DNA of 64,000 nt from Minisyncoccia bacterium (GCA_050011835.1 JBEKII010000004.1:8386-72385), one strand, 5' to 3'. Counted from the first letter of the stretch, positions 9,326 through 20,012 are shown. Translations and numbers: made by a program. The notes: generated from the letters alone by a model not told the origin.

Positions 9326-9799
9326 ATGCCTCGTACCGCTCTTTTTGAATGGGAAGGGAGAGAGTATGACCACGCGCCGAAGAGCGCTGATTGGTATTGG
9401 GCGCTCGGCATTGTCGCTACTGCTGCCGCGGTCGCGTCAGTACTTTTCAGTAATTATCTGCTTGCAATCCTCGTTATCGTGGCAGCCTCCGCGATTGCGC
9501 TTCATGCCGCCAAACAGCCGCCCCTGCACCACTTCCGCCTCGTTGAACGGGGCCTATTTATTGGGGACGAATTACATCCTTTTGAGCGCATGATCTCCTT
9601 TTCTGTCCTCGAAGACATTGAAGGCGAGTTGCCGCCCTTGCTTTCTATTAAGAATGAGACATGGCTCTCGCCGCATTTAGTGATTCCGCTTGAAGGTATT
9701 GATGCGGACGCGGTGTATGCATATTTTCTCCAGTATGTTAACGAGAGTGAACATTCGCACACTTTTGCCGACTTGGTGGCGGCGTGGCTCGGATTCTGA
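9326..9799 (+). CDS. Conserved membrane hypothetical protein
   Basis: W...EY....K..DWYW plus 2 TM helices; TATAAT 6 nt upstream of ATG 9326. Confidence 0.75.
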   Translation: MPRTALFEWEGREYDHAPKSADWYWALGIVATAAAVASVLFSNYLLAILVIVAASAIALHAAKQPPLHHFRLVERGLFIGDELHPFERMISFSVLEDIEGELPPLLSIKNETWLSPHLVIPLEGIDADAVYAYFLQYVNESEHSHTFADLVAAWLGF

Positions 9800-9814
9800 T
9801 ATACATCCATTATT

Positions 9815-9886
9815 GCCCTCGTCGTTCAACGGATAGGACATCAGGTTGCGGACCTGAAAATCGAGGTTCGATTCCCCGCGGGGGCA
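9815..9886 (+). tRNA. tRNA-Arg(GCG)
   Basis: TCAGG-TTGCGGA-CCTGA anticodon arm; GGTTCGATTCC. Confidence 0.9.
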
Positions 9887-9925
9887 CAACTGGGCGAAGC
9901 GAAAATGCGCTAGGATAATAAAACT

Positions 9926-9997
9926 GCTCTCGTCGTTCAACGGATAGGATATCTCCCTCCGAAGGAGGTGATGCCAGTTCGATTCTGGCCGAGAGCA
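9926..9997 (+). tRNA. tRNA-Arg(CCG)
   Basis: TCTCC-CTCCGAA-GGAGG anticodon arm; GCCAG-TTCGATT-CTGGC. Confidence 0.93.
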
Positions 9998-10073
9998 CAG
10001 GCTAGTGCTAATTCAAAAGACCGAGGTCCTACGCCATTTTTGACGACCCTGCTAAGACAAACTGACCTCGCGG

Positions 10074-11159
<1,086 letters not shown>

Positions 11160-11516
11160 ATGAACAACAATAATTTGGACATACCGATTTTCAAGAAAAG
11201 TTACGACCTGTATAAAACCTTTTACGGCTATCGCGCCGACGTTTCCAAGCAAGATCGCTATACGATCTGGCAACGATGCGAGAATACCATTTTCGACGTA
11301 CTCGAAACGATTCTTCTTGCGAGCCAATCGAGCAAAGCGGAAAAATTACCGATCCTTGAAACGGCCAGTGTAAAGCTCAATCTGCTGCGCGTTCTCATTC
11401 GCCTCACGAAAGACGTTAAGGCTATTGATAACAGGAAATACCTCACACTCGAAACGAATGTTGATGAGATCGGCCGGATGCTCGGCGGATGGATTCGCTC
11501 GACAAAAGAACGGTAG
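11160..11516 (+). CDS. avd: Avd-like DGR accessory four-helix-bundle protein
   Basis: IPIFKKSYDLY...K.DRYTI...LRVLIRL...EIGRMLGGWI; lies between TR and RT. Confidence 0.88.
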   Translation: MNNNNLDIPIFKKSYDLYKTFYGYRADVSKQDRYTIWQRCENTIFDVLETILLASQSSKAEKLPILETASVKLNLLRVLIRLTKDVKAIDNRKYLTLETNVDEIGRMLGGWIRSTKER

Positions 11517-11517
11517 G

Positions 11518-11545
11518 AGAAATCCCGCTTGAGAGCGGGATTTCT
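11518..11545. terminator. Perfect 12-bp hairpin between avd stop and TR 3' end
   Basis: AGAAATCCCGCT-TGAG-AGCGGGATTTCT. Confidence 0.7.
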
Positions 11546-11565
11546 TTCGGATAGAGAGACGACTG

Positions 11566-11682
11566 CCGAGCAGACGCGAGACCCAGATTGTCGTTACGGT
11601 TGTTGTCCCAGTTGTTGTTGACGTTGAGGCCCTTCGCATTGAAGTTGCCGACGTTGACGCGATTGCCGTCCGAGTCGATAGA
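11566..11682 (-). repeat. DGR template repeat (TR)
   Basis: 117 bp, 31 adenines on the minus strand (12 AAY codons + 1 AAG in the target frame); differs from VR only at A. Confidence 0.96.
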
Positions 11683-11941
11683 TTGTCCGTTTCCATCCGT
11701 GTCACCGAACCTTGAGGGTTACTGAAGGAGTTTCCTCTCATTCCTATATCCTCTCGATCCTGAATGTATTGCGGAAGCAGTCCCGAGGAACATCTTCTCC
11801 AGAAACGGGCAAGAAGTTCAAATCTCCATCCTGTTTCGCGCTCTATCGTGAGCCAGTAGCCCGACGATACTCCGGCGAATCTCAAGTGAGATATCCCGCG
11901 AGACTGAACCGTAGCCCAGCCTGCATGAGCGAGATATTCTC

Positions 11942-11970
11942 ATTGTATAAAAACAAAAGGCCTCCGGCAA
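11942..11970 (-). promoter_or_regulatory. Sigma70-like promoter for the TR RNA
   Basis: TTGCCG-N17-TACAAT on the minus strand, ~250 nt upstream of TR. Confidence 0.55.
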
Positions 11971-12009
11971 ATCTCTCTGTTATTCGCAGAAAAATTCGCG
12001 CGGAGACCC

Positions 12010-12034
12010 GAGGATTCAAAAGAATCAAATCCTC
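12010..12034. other. Hairpin just downstream of VR (candidate retrohoming element)
   Basis: GAGGATT...AATCCTC with an alternative inner GATTC-AAAA-GAATC stem, 13 nt past the target stop codon. Confidence 0.45.
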
Positions 12035-12047
12035 AAGAGCTCGATGT

Positions 12048-12839
12048 TCAGAACTTCCGAGCAGACGCGAGACCCAGATCGTCGTTACGGTCGCTGTCCC
12101 AGCCGAGGTTGACGACGAGGCCCCCCGCACCGAAGTAGCCGACGTAGACGCGATCGCCGTCCGAGTCGATAGACGAGGTACGGACATAGACGTTCGGAAA
12201 CAAGTAGACGCCGCGGACCTTGAAGAAGGTCGTGATGAACCAGCTCGTCTCGGCGGCGTTCGGCACGCGCTCAATCTTGGATAGGAGCTTATTCTGCTCA
12301 TCCCAGTTCTTGCTTGTGGAGCCGTCGACCGGAGTCTTCTTGATGGCGAGCCAGCCGGTTCCGGTTCGGTCGTTTCTGGCGAACTTCTGATCCTCGAACC
12401 AGCCGCCGGTCTTCCGGTAGAAGAGAGCGGGTTCGATCGCGCGAATGTCGAGAAGCGACTCCTCGCTCGGAGACTGCGGCATGAGACCGTATCCGCTGTC
12501 TTTCAGCGAGCGGAGCACTTCTTCCGAAGGAATGGTGTCCGCCAGTTTGGAGATCTGCTCGGCGCTGTACACGATACCGGGACGCGCAGACATTATCTCT
12601 TCGGCCGTGATGAAGTCGTTGCCGAGGATCGTGTGCGCGAGGTCGTAGCTCGGCGCCTTCGCGGTGAACCGCTTGATGCCGGCAATGATGTACGTCTGGA
12701 ACCCGCCGCCCTTTTCGAGCAGCCGTTGCAGACCGTCCTTGTCAGGGTTCACTTCCTTGAGGCCGCGGTCGCCCGCGTCCTCGACGAAACGCTTATACTG
12801 CTTTCTTTGGTCGTCGGTGATCGATACTTTCATCGTCAT
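12048..12839 (-). CDS. DGR target (variable) protein with probable C-terminal CLec-like domain
   Basis: 3' end is the VR (..VRTSS.DSDG.RV.VG.F...GL.V...WD....D.LGLASARK); AAGGAGG SD fits ATG 12833. Confidence 0.9.
   Translation of the reverse strand: MTMKVSITDDQRKQYKRFVEDAGDRGLKEVNPDKDGLQRLLEKGGGFQTYIIAGIKRFTAKAPSYDLAHTILGNDFITAEEIMSARPGIVYSAEQISKLADTIPSEEVLRSLKDSGYGLMPQSPSEESLLDIRAIEPALFYRKTGGWFEDQKFARNDRTGTGWLAIKKTPVDGSTSKNWDEQNKLLSKIERVPNAAETSWFITTFFKVRGVYLFPNVYVRTSSIDSDGDRVYVGYFGAGGLVVNLGWDSDRNDDLGLASARKF
12057..12173 (-). repeat. DGR variable repeat (VR)
   Basis: 16 mismatches vs TR: 11 A>G, 4 A>T, 1 A>C; none at non-A positions. Confidence 0.96.
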
Positions 12840-13085
12840 CCTCCTTGTTTTGCCGGATTCGCTCCGACTATTTTGCGGCTTGCGTCTGCATGAGACGAGC
12901 TGTTTATGGCCTAGTATCTAAGCCGCAAAAAGCTCGCCTCATGAGTCCTGAACCTTTCAAGGAACTAACTATCACTAGTATACACAAAGCCACGTTTTTG
13001 TCAAATTGCGTAGTCGTTGTATCATCTTTTCGATAACTGACCCCGCTAGGGCGATCGAGCCGGTTAGATTCCAGTAGAGAGCACA

Positions 13086-14381
13086 TCAATCAGACCATGC
13101 GACTTTTAAGAAGTGCGAGGCGCAACTCATGCATGGGTCAAACGCGCGAATGAGTTTTTCAATTTCAAATTCAATTTCTTCTTTTGAGGTGTCGGGTAAA
13201 AGCCCCTGCACCAAACGCCCGATGCTCTGCTCAATCATTATCTGATTCTGGCCCGTGGGTACGATGACTTCGCCTTCTTTCACGAGTCCGTCTGCGCCGA
13301 GCACAATTTTGTGATACAACGTGCCGCGCGGCGCTTCAACTACACCGACGCCGACCGCGTCGCGGTAAGGATTCTTAATTACCGGCTCCGATGAGAACGT
13401 CGTGCTTTTTAAGATTTCAACGGCCTCATCTATAGAATGGAGAATTTCTACCGCTTGGGCAAGATTATTGTAAAAAATATTTGTTGACGGAAACAACGCC
13501 AGCGCGTCTTTCACTAATTCTTGCGTACGGGAATTAAGCTTGTCCTTATTTAAGTTCATCCGCGCCAGAGCACCGACCAGATAACTTTCCCCCTTATAGG
13601 TATAGCCAGACGCTTGCGAATAAGGAATGACGACATGTTCCAGATGTTCGCGAAACATGTCCTCGCCAAATGCCTCTCCTTTGCTCGTCATGATTTCCCC
13701 GCCAAGATAACCATAATTTCCATCAGGGATAAGCGCTATAAAAGAGTTTTCCTTCCTGTCAAAATGGAACGGTGCTTCCTTAAAAATATGTGCGAGGCGC
13801 ACAACTCCCGGACGTACCGCTTCTAGCTTCTGAATCGCTTCGGTGATTCCCTCTTTCTCGGGAAAATGCAAAAAACCTCCGATAACGGGATAGGTCGCAT
13901 GCACCGAACGGCCGGCAACAAGCGTTGCCAAAAAATTACCGGCCGATTTCGTATCAAAACCATCATGGAGAAGTTGGTGCTCGTCGAGATTATTCTCGTC
14001 AAAATCAAGAAATGCATCTTTGCCATAAATGTCGGGCATTGAGAAAAGATAGAGGTGCAGAGCATGGTCGCGAATTATAAGTCCGTGCATGGTGAGCTCT
14101 CGTAAAGCCCTTGTTTGCTCCGATGGAGTTATACCCAGAGCCGCTTCGCAGGCGGCGATACTCGCCATAATGTGCGCATTGGAGCACGTGCCGCAGATGC
14201 GGGCGAGGAGTTGCGGCACGCCGAGAATCGCCTTCCCTTTCAGCGCTTCCGTATAGAAACGTTTGTTCTCTGTAATTTTAAAATTGACATTCACTACTTT
14301 GTCGTCCTCAACGCGGAGAGAAAGCGAGGCACTGCCCTCCACTTTCGTTATACGTTCCATCGTCAGGTCAAAAGTGTGCAT
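13086..14381 (-). CDS. NiFe hydrogenase large subunit (group 3-related)
   Basis: ERITKVEG, L1 RICGTCSNAH, EAPRGTLYH, L2 AFDPCMSCASH plus short C-terminal extension. Confidence 0.92.
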   Translation of the reverse strand: MHTFDLTMERITKVEGSASLSLRVEDDKVVNVNFKITENKRFYTEALKGKAILGVPQLLARICGTCSNAHIMASIAACEAALGITPSEQTRALRELTMHGLIIRDHALHLYLFSMPDIYGKDAFLDFDENNLDEHQLLHDGFDTKSAGNFLATLVAGRSVHATYPVIGGFLHFPEKEGITEAIQKLEAVRPGVVRLAHIFKEAPFHFDRKENSFIALIPDGNYGYLGGEIMTSKGEAFGEDMFREHLEHVVIPYSQASGYTYKGESYLVGALARMNLNKDKLNSRTQELVKDALALFPSTNIFYNNLAQAVEILHSIDEAVEILKSTTFSSEPVIKNPYRDAVGVGVVEAPRGTLYHKIVLGADGLVKEGEVIVPTGQNQIMIEQSIGRLVQGLLPDTSKEEIEFEIEKLIRAFDPCMSCASHFLKVAWSD

Positions 14382-14399
14382 AAAAGAAAATCAAGATTT

Positions 14400-14882
14400 T
14401 TACTGTAATTCCGCCACTAGCGCGTTCACTTTTTCTACAAAAATCTTCGGGTCCATCGGACATCCGCCGATTTCAACGTCCACCGGCACGACATCGCTCA
14501 CTTTAAGAACATGGGGCAGAGCGCCAAATCTGTCTATAAGAAATTGTATGTCTTTTTTCTGTTCTGACGTGAAAGTATTGCGCTGCCCCGACGGCAGACC
14601 AGTTACGGCGCAGGAGCCTATGGCCACCAGTTTTTTGGAGCGTGTGCGAATATCTTTCAATTTTGCCTCGTGCGCCAGCGAAGCAATCGCGCCTTCCACA
14701 AAAGCGATATCAAACTCGTCAAAAATGTTCTTGGACTTCAGGACCGGCATGAAACGGAAATCAAATATCTTCTTCCACTCCTCCCAGTGGTCGTTCAAGA
14801 CCTCCGTCATCACGATTGTATTGTCCTCACAGCAGGAAAATGTGAACCAGCCGATTTTAATTTTGAGTGTCTCGCCAACCAT
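14400..14882 (-). CDS. NiFe hydrogenase small subunit (short, HoxY/delta-like)
   Basis: FSCCEDN, FVEGAI, VAIGSCAVTG, VDVEIGGCP. Confidence 0.88.
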   Translation of the reverse strand: MVGETLKIKIGWFTFSCCEDNTIVMTEVLNDHWEEWKKIFDFRFMPVLKSKNIFDEFDIAFVEGAIASLAHEAKLKDIRTRSKKLVAIGSCAVTGLPSGQRNTFTSEQKKDIQFLIDRFGALPHVLKVSDVVPVDVEIGGCPMDPKIFVEKVNALVAELQ

Positions 14883-14942
14883 CGCGAGATAATTTTACCA
14901 GTTTTTGCTCCAACAGCATACCGGTCATGCTACAATTTTCGC

Positions 14943-16667
14943 ATGGAGGAACCTCGCCGTTTGCATAAAGAAATTCATACGGTGCTTATCGGCGGTGCCG
15001 CCGGCGATGGCGTTCGCGAAGCCGGCTTGAGCTTGGGAGAACTTCTCATAGGTTTCGGCTATGAGATTTATTCTTCCTTCGATTATCCCTCGCTCATACG
15101 CGGAGGACACAATGTCAGCCGAACGAGTTTTTCCCGAGAGAAAATAACGAGCGATTACTCTACTTTGGACACATTGATAGCTCTGAACGAAGAAACGGTT
15201 GCACTGCATATGGGCGAACTTGCCGAGAACAGCGTGGTCTTCGCCGAAAATTTCAGTAACGATGATAAGGAGAAGCTGGGAGAGCGCGCCATGGAACTTC
15301 CGATGTCCGCATTTGTGCAAGAAATAAAGGCCCTGCCTATCATGCGCAGTTCAGTCGCCTTGGGGGCGCTGTGCTATCTTCTGGATTTGCCGTTCGAGAC
15401 GATGAATGAGCGATTGGACGCTCTATTTAAAGAAAAAAGCTACGAAGCGAACATCACGCTCGCCAAGATGGGTTATGCCTTTATGGAGAAACGTCAGTCC
15501 AAACACCCCGCACAACTCCAGCGCGGAGAAATTTCTGCAGCCAAGGAGTTCATTGACGGCAATACTGCGTTTGCTCACGGTCTCATTTCCGGAGGTCTTC
15601 ATTTTTACGTCGCTTATCCGATGACGCCGGCTTCTTCCATCCTTCACTACCTTGCCGCACATCAAAAGAATTTCAATATAAAAGTTATTCAGCCGGAAGG
15701 CGAACTCGCAGTAATTAATATGGCTCTCGGCATGGCTTACGCCGGCAAACGTACGGCCATCGGCACTTCGGGCGGCGGCTTTGCCCTGATGCAAGAAGCG
15801 TTCAGTTTGGCGGGAATGACGGAGCTTCCGCTTGTCGTGGCTGTTTCGCAACGCCAGGCACCCGCCACCGGCTCACCCACGCACACGTCGCAGAGTGATT
15901 TGCAGTTCGCGATGCATTCTGGTCATGGCGAGTTTCCTCGCATAGTTCTCGCGCCTGGAGATCCGGAGGAAGCGTTTGAATATGGGGCAACGGCATTGAA
16001 TCTCGCGTGGAAATATCAGCTCCCCGTTATCGTACTCCTTGATAAACAGCTTTCCGAAGGCGCGTCAACCGCTGTTTTACATCCCGATAAGATTACGATT
16101 GAAAACGGCAATATCTTAAATGAGATTAACGGTCACTATGAACGTTACGCCATAACTGAAAACGGGATCTCACCGATGGCTTTCCCCGGTACGCCCGATG
16201 CGGCGATTAAAGTTGACAGTTACGAGCATGATGAGAACGGCATAACCTCCGGAGACCCGAAAATTGTAAAAGCTATGGGCGATAAACGCTTCGCTAAAGC
16301 CGCGGTTATTAAAAAAGAGATGGGAAAGAGTGCCGCGGTAAAGGTTTATGGAGACCCGGAGAGCAAAAATGTAATCGTCTTCTGGGGTTCAACAAAAGGG
16401 GCGGTGCTTGAGGCCGCAAAATACGTGGATAAACCGCTCAAGCTCGTGCAAGTCGTTTGGCTCGTCCCGTTTGACAAAGAGAGAGTCGCGAAAGAACTCG
16501 GGGGCGCCGAAAAAATTATTGATGTGGAAGCGAATCGCATGGCGCAACTCGCATCGCTCATTCGCGAAAAGACCGGTATAGAGATTCACAAAAAAATCCT
16601 TCGGTACGATTCCCTGCCCTTTAATGTTATAGGACTCGCCGAAGAAATAAATGCCGCACTGATGTAA
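14943..16667 (+). CDS. 2-oxoacid:ferredoxin oxidoreductase alpha (gamma-alpha fusion)
   Basis: IGGAAGDG, YPSLIRGGHN, AYPMTPASSI, TSGGGFALM; start ATG 14943. Confidence 0.93.
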   Translation: MEEPRRLHKEIHTVLIGGAAGDGVREAGLSLGELLIGFGYEIYSSFDYPSLIRGGHNVSRTSFSREKITSDYSTLDTLIALNEETVALHMGELAENSVVFAENFSNDDKEKLGERAMELPMSAFVQEIKALPIMRSSVALGALCYLLDLPFETMNERLDALFKEKSYEANITLAKMGYAFMEKRQSKHPAQLQRGEISAAKEFIDGNTAFAHGLISGGLHFYVAYPMTPASSILHYLAAHQKNFNIKVIQPEGELAVINMALGMAYAGKRTAIGTSGGGFALMQEAFSLAGMTELPLVVAVSQRQAPATGSPTHTSQSDLQFAMHSGHGEFPRIVLAPGDPEEAFEYGATALNLAWKYQLPVIVLLDKQLSEGASTAVLHPDKITIENGNILNEINGHYERYAITENGISPMAFPGTPDAAIKVDSYEHDENGITSGDPKIVKAMGDKRFAKAAVIKKEMGKSAAVKVYGDPESKNVIVFWGSTKGAVLEAAKYVDKPLKLVQVVWLVPFDKERVAKELGGAEKIIDVEANRMAQLASLIREKTGIEIHKKILRYDSLPFNVIGLAEEINAALM

Positions 16668-16668
16668 T

Positions 16669-17439
16669 ATGCCCAACCTTTCTACACAAGCAAAAATAAC
16701 CTGGTGCCCCGGATGTCCGAATAACGCGATACTTGTCGCTTTCCGCGAAGCGATTACCGAACTTGTGAGCGCCGGCTTGAAATTGGAGAACATCGTTACG
16801 CTGTCCGGCATCGGCTGTCACGGGAAGATTACCGACTATCTCAATATGAATACATTTACATCCCTTCATGGGAGACTGGTCCCAACAATGACCGGCATAA
16901 AAACCGCGAATCCATCACTGGCGGTTGTCGGCTTCAGCGGCGATGGCGATTCCTATAGCGAAGGACTGGACCATCTCATACAAGCCGCGCGGCGCAACTC
17001 GGATGTGCATCTTTTCATTCATGATAATGAGGTATTTGCTCTCACCACAGGCCAAGCGACTTCCACAAGCCCAAAGGGATTCAAGGGCAAGTCCACTCCC
17101 TCGGGAAGCATTGAAGAGCCATTCAATCCACTGCTCCTTATGCTCTCGGCCGGGACCACCTTCGTGGCGCGCTCCTATGCGCCGGATATCGCGAGGACAA
17201 AAGAAATAATGAAGGCCGCCATTGCGCACAAAGGATTCTCTTTTGTAGACATCATCCAGCCCTGCCTCACGTTCAATGACACACGCGATTACTTTGCCAA
17301 GCGCATGTATTGGCTGGACGAAAAATTTCCAACGGACGATATCGTGGTAGCAACTGAAAAGGCGCGGGAGTACGACGGGAAGATTCCCTTCGGCATTTTT
17401 TATCGGGTTGAAAAGCCGACCTTTGAGGAGCAGATATGA
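16669..17439 (+). CDS. 2-oxoacid:ferredoxin oxidoreductase beta (TPP-binding)
   Basis: WCPGC, SGIGC, LHGR, GDGD...DN..FALTTGQ. Confidence 0.93.
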   Translation: MPNLSTQAKITWCPGCPNNAILVAFREAITELVSAGLKLENIVTLSGIGCHGKITDYLNMNTFTSLHGRLVPTMTGIKTANPSLAVVGFSGDGDSYSEGLDHLIQAARRNSDVHLFIHDNEVFALTTGQATSTSPKGFKGKSTPSGSIEEPFNPLLLMLSAGTTFVARSYAPDIARTKEIMKAAIAHKGFSFVDIIQPCLTFNDTRDYFAKRMYWLDEKFPTDDIVVATEKAREYDGKIPFGIFYRVEKPTFEEQI

Positions 17440-19466
17440 ACCTCCAGAAATTTTTTGACCCTACGTCAGTCGCGGTCATAGGTGCATCAGAAGACAAAAA
17501 TAAAGTCGGCTATTCTCTGGTCTATAACCTTTTGCAAGGAAAGAAAAGAGAGATTTATCCGATATCGCTCAACAAAGAAAAAATTTTGGGATTGAAGGCA
17601 TATCGCTCCATTCTTGAAGTCGCAGAGAAAATAGACCTTGTCCTCATCGCCGTACCAGCAGCATCCGTACCAGCGATGCTCACTGAATGTGGAAAGAAGA
17701 AGGTGCCCTTCGTCATCGTTATTTCTGCCGGCTTCAAAGAAATGGGCGAGGAAGGAAAGGTGCGTGAAGAAGAAATAAAGAGGATTGCGCGCGAGTACAA
17801 CATTTCGCTTTTGGGTCCGAACTGCCTCGGCATCATCCATTCCGCTACAGACCTCAACGCCACTTTTGCGGCGGACAAGCCGCTCGCAGGAAAAATTTCT
17901 TTCCTCTCGCAGTCCGGAGCAACGGGGGCGGCAATGCTGGACTGGTCGCGTAGTGCGGATGTCGGATTCTCCACGTTCGTAAGTTTGGGGAACGAAGCGG
18001 GATTCACCGAACTGGACTTCATGGAATATTTTGAGAGGGACAACGATACAAAAGCGCTGCTTATGTATCTGGAAAAAGTGACCGACGGGCCAAAATTCAT
18101 TGAGTTAGCGAAAAGAATCACCGCCATTAAGCCCGTCGTTCTCATAAAGGCCGGGCGTAGCGCGCGCGGTTCTGCTGCCGTTATGTCGCACACGGGCTCT
18201 TTGATCTCCAATGACGCGGTATTTACCGCTGCCTGCCGCGAATGCGGAATCATTACGGTTGACTCGCTCCGAGAGCTTTTCAATTTCGCAAAACTTTTTC
18301 ACATTGGAGTCCTCAAGCCATTGAAACATCTCGCCATCATTACCAACGGCGGCGGACCATCGGTCGTCGCGGCTGACCTCATAGACCTTTCTCGCTCACT
18401 TGAGTTAGCGGAACTCCCCGCGGAGACCAGAGATGCGCTCGGGAAAGTTCTGCCGCCGATGGCCGCCACCGGAAATCCGGTGGACATCATCGGCGATGCC
18501 ACAAGCAAACGCTACGACGACGCTCTGAAAATTTTAATTGCTGAAAAGAGTGTTGACGGCATCATCGTGATACTGACGCCCCAGATGATGACTGATGCGC
18601 AGGCCGCGGCCAACGTACTCGTCTCGCACGAAAAAGGCAAACCGGTCATTCCCGTATTTATGGGCGGTGAATCCATACAAAAAGGCGCTGCAGTTCTTCA
18701 GAAAAATGGTTGGGTCAATTTTGATTTTTCCAAAGACGTCGTAGAGGCTCTTGATGCATTATCTCTTACCGACAAAAGACCTTTAGTAAAAATACCTATG
18801 GATGCAGACGCAATGGAAAATATAAGAATGGCAGATTTCCCGATAACGCTTGAGCTCCTCTCCGATTACGACATCAAAATCCCCGGTGTTCTCTTAAAAA
18901 ATAAAGACGAACTCGCCGCAACATTTGAAAAATTCAAAAATCAGCAGCTCGCGATGAAAGTAATTTCCACGAATATCGTCCACAAGACCGATACGGGCGG
19001 CGTGCGGCTAAATCTCGCAACTGCCGAAGAAGCCGAGGAAGCATGGGATGACATTATGAAATCGGTGAAAACTAAAAATCCGGAAGCAAAGATTCAAGGA
19101 ATGTTCGTGCAACCAATAGTGGCGGGCAAAGAAGTCATTGTGGGCATGAAACGCGACCCCGTCTTCGGGCCCGCCATCATCTTCGGTCTCGGCGGCATAT
19201 TTGTTGAAGTCCTCAAAGACACTTCCCTGCGCATTGCACCGGTAAATAACGAAGAAGCGCGACGTATGATTGAAGAAATAAAGGGATACGCGATTTTAAG
19301 CGGCCTGCGTGGTGAAAAACCGGTTGATATAGACGCACTCGTAAAAATAATCGTGGCGATTTCTAAACTATCTCTCGCGCATCAGGAAATAAAAGAAATA
19401 GACCTCAATCCGGTTATCGTAGACGACCAAATAGCATCCGTTGTGGATGCGCGAATAATTTTATAA
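17436..19466 (+). CDS. Acetate-CoA ligase (ADP-forming), fused alpha-beta
   Basis: VAVIGAS, LGPNCLG, SQSG, SHTGS phospho-His, HKTDTGGV, EIDLNP. Confidence 0.92.
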   Translation: MNLQKFFDPTSVAVIGASEDKNKVGYSLVYNLLQGKKREIYPISLNKEKILGLKAYRSILEVAEKIDLVLIAVPAASVPAMLTECGKKKVPFVIVISAGFKEMGEEGKVREEEIKRIAREYNISLLGPNCLGIIHSATDLNATFAADKPLAGKISFLSQSGATGAAMLDWSRSADVGFSTFVSLGNEAGFTELDFMEYFERDNDTKALLMYLEKVTDGPKFIELAKRITAIKPVVLIKAGRSARGSAAVMSHTGSLISNDAVFTAACRECGIITVDSLRELFNFAKLFHIGVLKPLKHLAIITNGGGPSVVAADLIDLSRSLELAELPAETRDALGKVLPPMAATGNPVDIIGDATSKRYDDALKILIAEKSVDGIIVILTPQMMTDAQAAANVLVSHEKGKPVIPVFMGGESIQKGAAVLQKNGWVNFDFSKDVVEALDALSLTDKRPLVKIPMDADAMENIRMADFPITLELLSDYDIKIPGVLLKNKDELAATFEKFKNQQLAMKVISTNIVHKTDTGGVRLNLATAEEAEEAWDDIMKSVKTKNPEAKIQGMFVQPIVAGKEVIVGMKRDPVFGPAIIFGLGGIFVEVLKDTSLRIAPVNNEEARRMIEEIKGYAILSGLRGEKPVDIDALVKIIVAISKLSLAHQEIKEIDLNPVIVDDQIASVVDARIIL

Positions 19467-19517
19467 ATTGCTGAGCGTGTGATTCGACGTGGGCTCTCTG
19501 CTGACCGTCCGCCACGA

Positions 19518-20012
19518 CTACCAGCTTTCTCTATGGATTTTCATTTCGCTGAATTCCGAATCGCCATGCGGCTCGATCTTCTCTTTTGGAAATCCGACGG
19601 GTATGATGTTAATTGCTTTGAATTTCGGCGGGATATTCAAAATCTTTCTTACGTCTTCTTCCCATTCTGGTTTGATATTCTTCCAGACCGTTCCCAAACC
19701 CAGAGCCGCGGCCTCAAGAAACATGAATCCTGAAGCCAACGCAAGATCCTGCATATTCAGGTCTGTTTTTGTCGTGTCACTCACCGGAATAACCAGGACT
19801 GGTGCGTCTTTCACGTAGTCCTGGCCCACAACATTAAAAATCTTTCTCTTTGTTTCAGCGTTTCGTACTACAATAAATTCGTTGGCTTTGATATTCCTGC
19901 CGTTGGGCGCGAACTGCCCAGCCTTGATTATTTCCGTAATTAATTCGTTGGAAACATCATCGCTTTTATATTCTCGGACTGCCCTGCGGTTCAAAATTTC
20001 TTTGACAATCAT
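19518..20012 (-). CDS. Nitroreductase family protein
   Basis: RRAVREY, APNGRN, LEAAALGLGTVW, IPVGFP. Confidence 0.9.
   Translation of the reverse strand: MIVKEILNRRAVREYKSDDVSNELITEIIKAGQFAPNGRNIKANEFIVVRNAETKRKIFNVVGQDYVKDAPVLVIPVSDTTKTDLNMQDLALASGFMFLEAAALGLGTVWKNIKPEWEEDVRKILNIPPKFKAINIIPVGFPKEKIEPHGDSEFSEMKIHRESW

Noticed and set aside
11160-11327. 56-aa N-terminal extension of RT in the ORF track (start 11327)
   Set aside because: Non-ATG start, lies antisense to avd and has no RT-like content; RT-like sequence begins at MKVYKDLY (11159).
11346-12301. ORFs 11346-11885, 11712-12284 and 11882-12301 sharing 'STRTAIASTSAT'
   Set aside because: Alternative-frame shadows of TR and VR, not real paralogues.
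14670-14942. Long N-terminal extensions in the ORF track (OFOR alpha; likewise polA, dnaA, VirB4, HIT, ruvC)
   Set aside because: They overlap neighbouring genes; downstream ATGs match family N-termini, and some have a -10 box 6 nt upstream.
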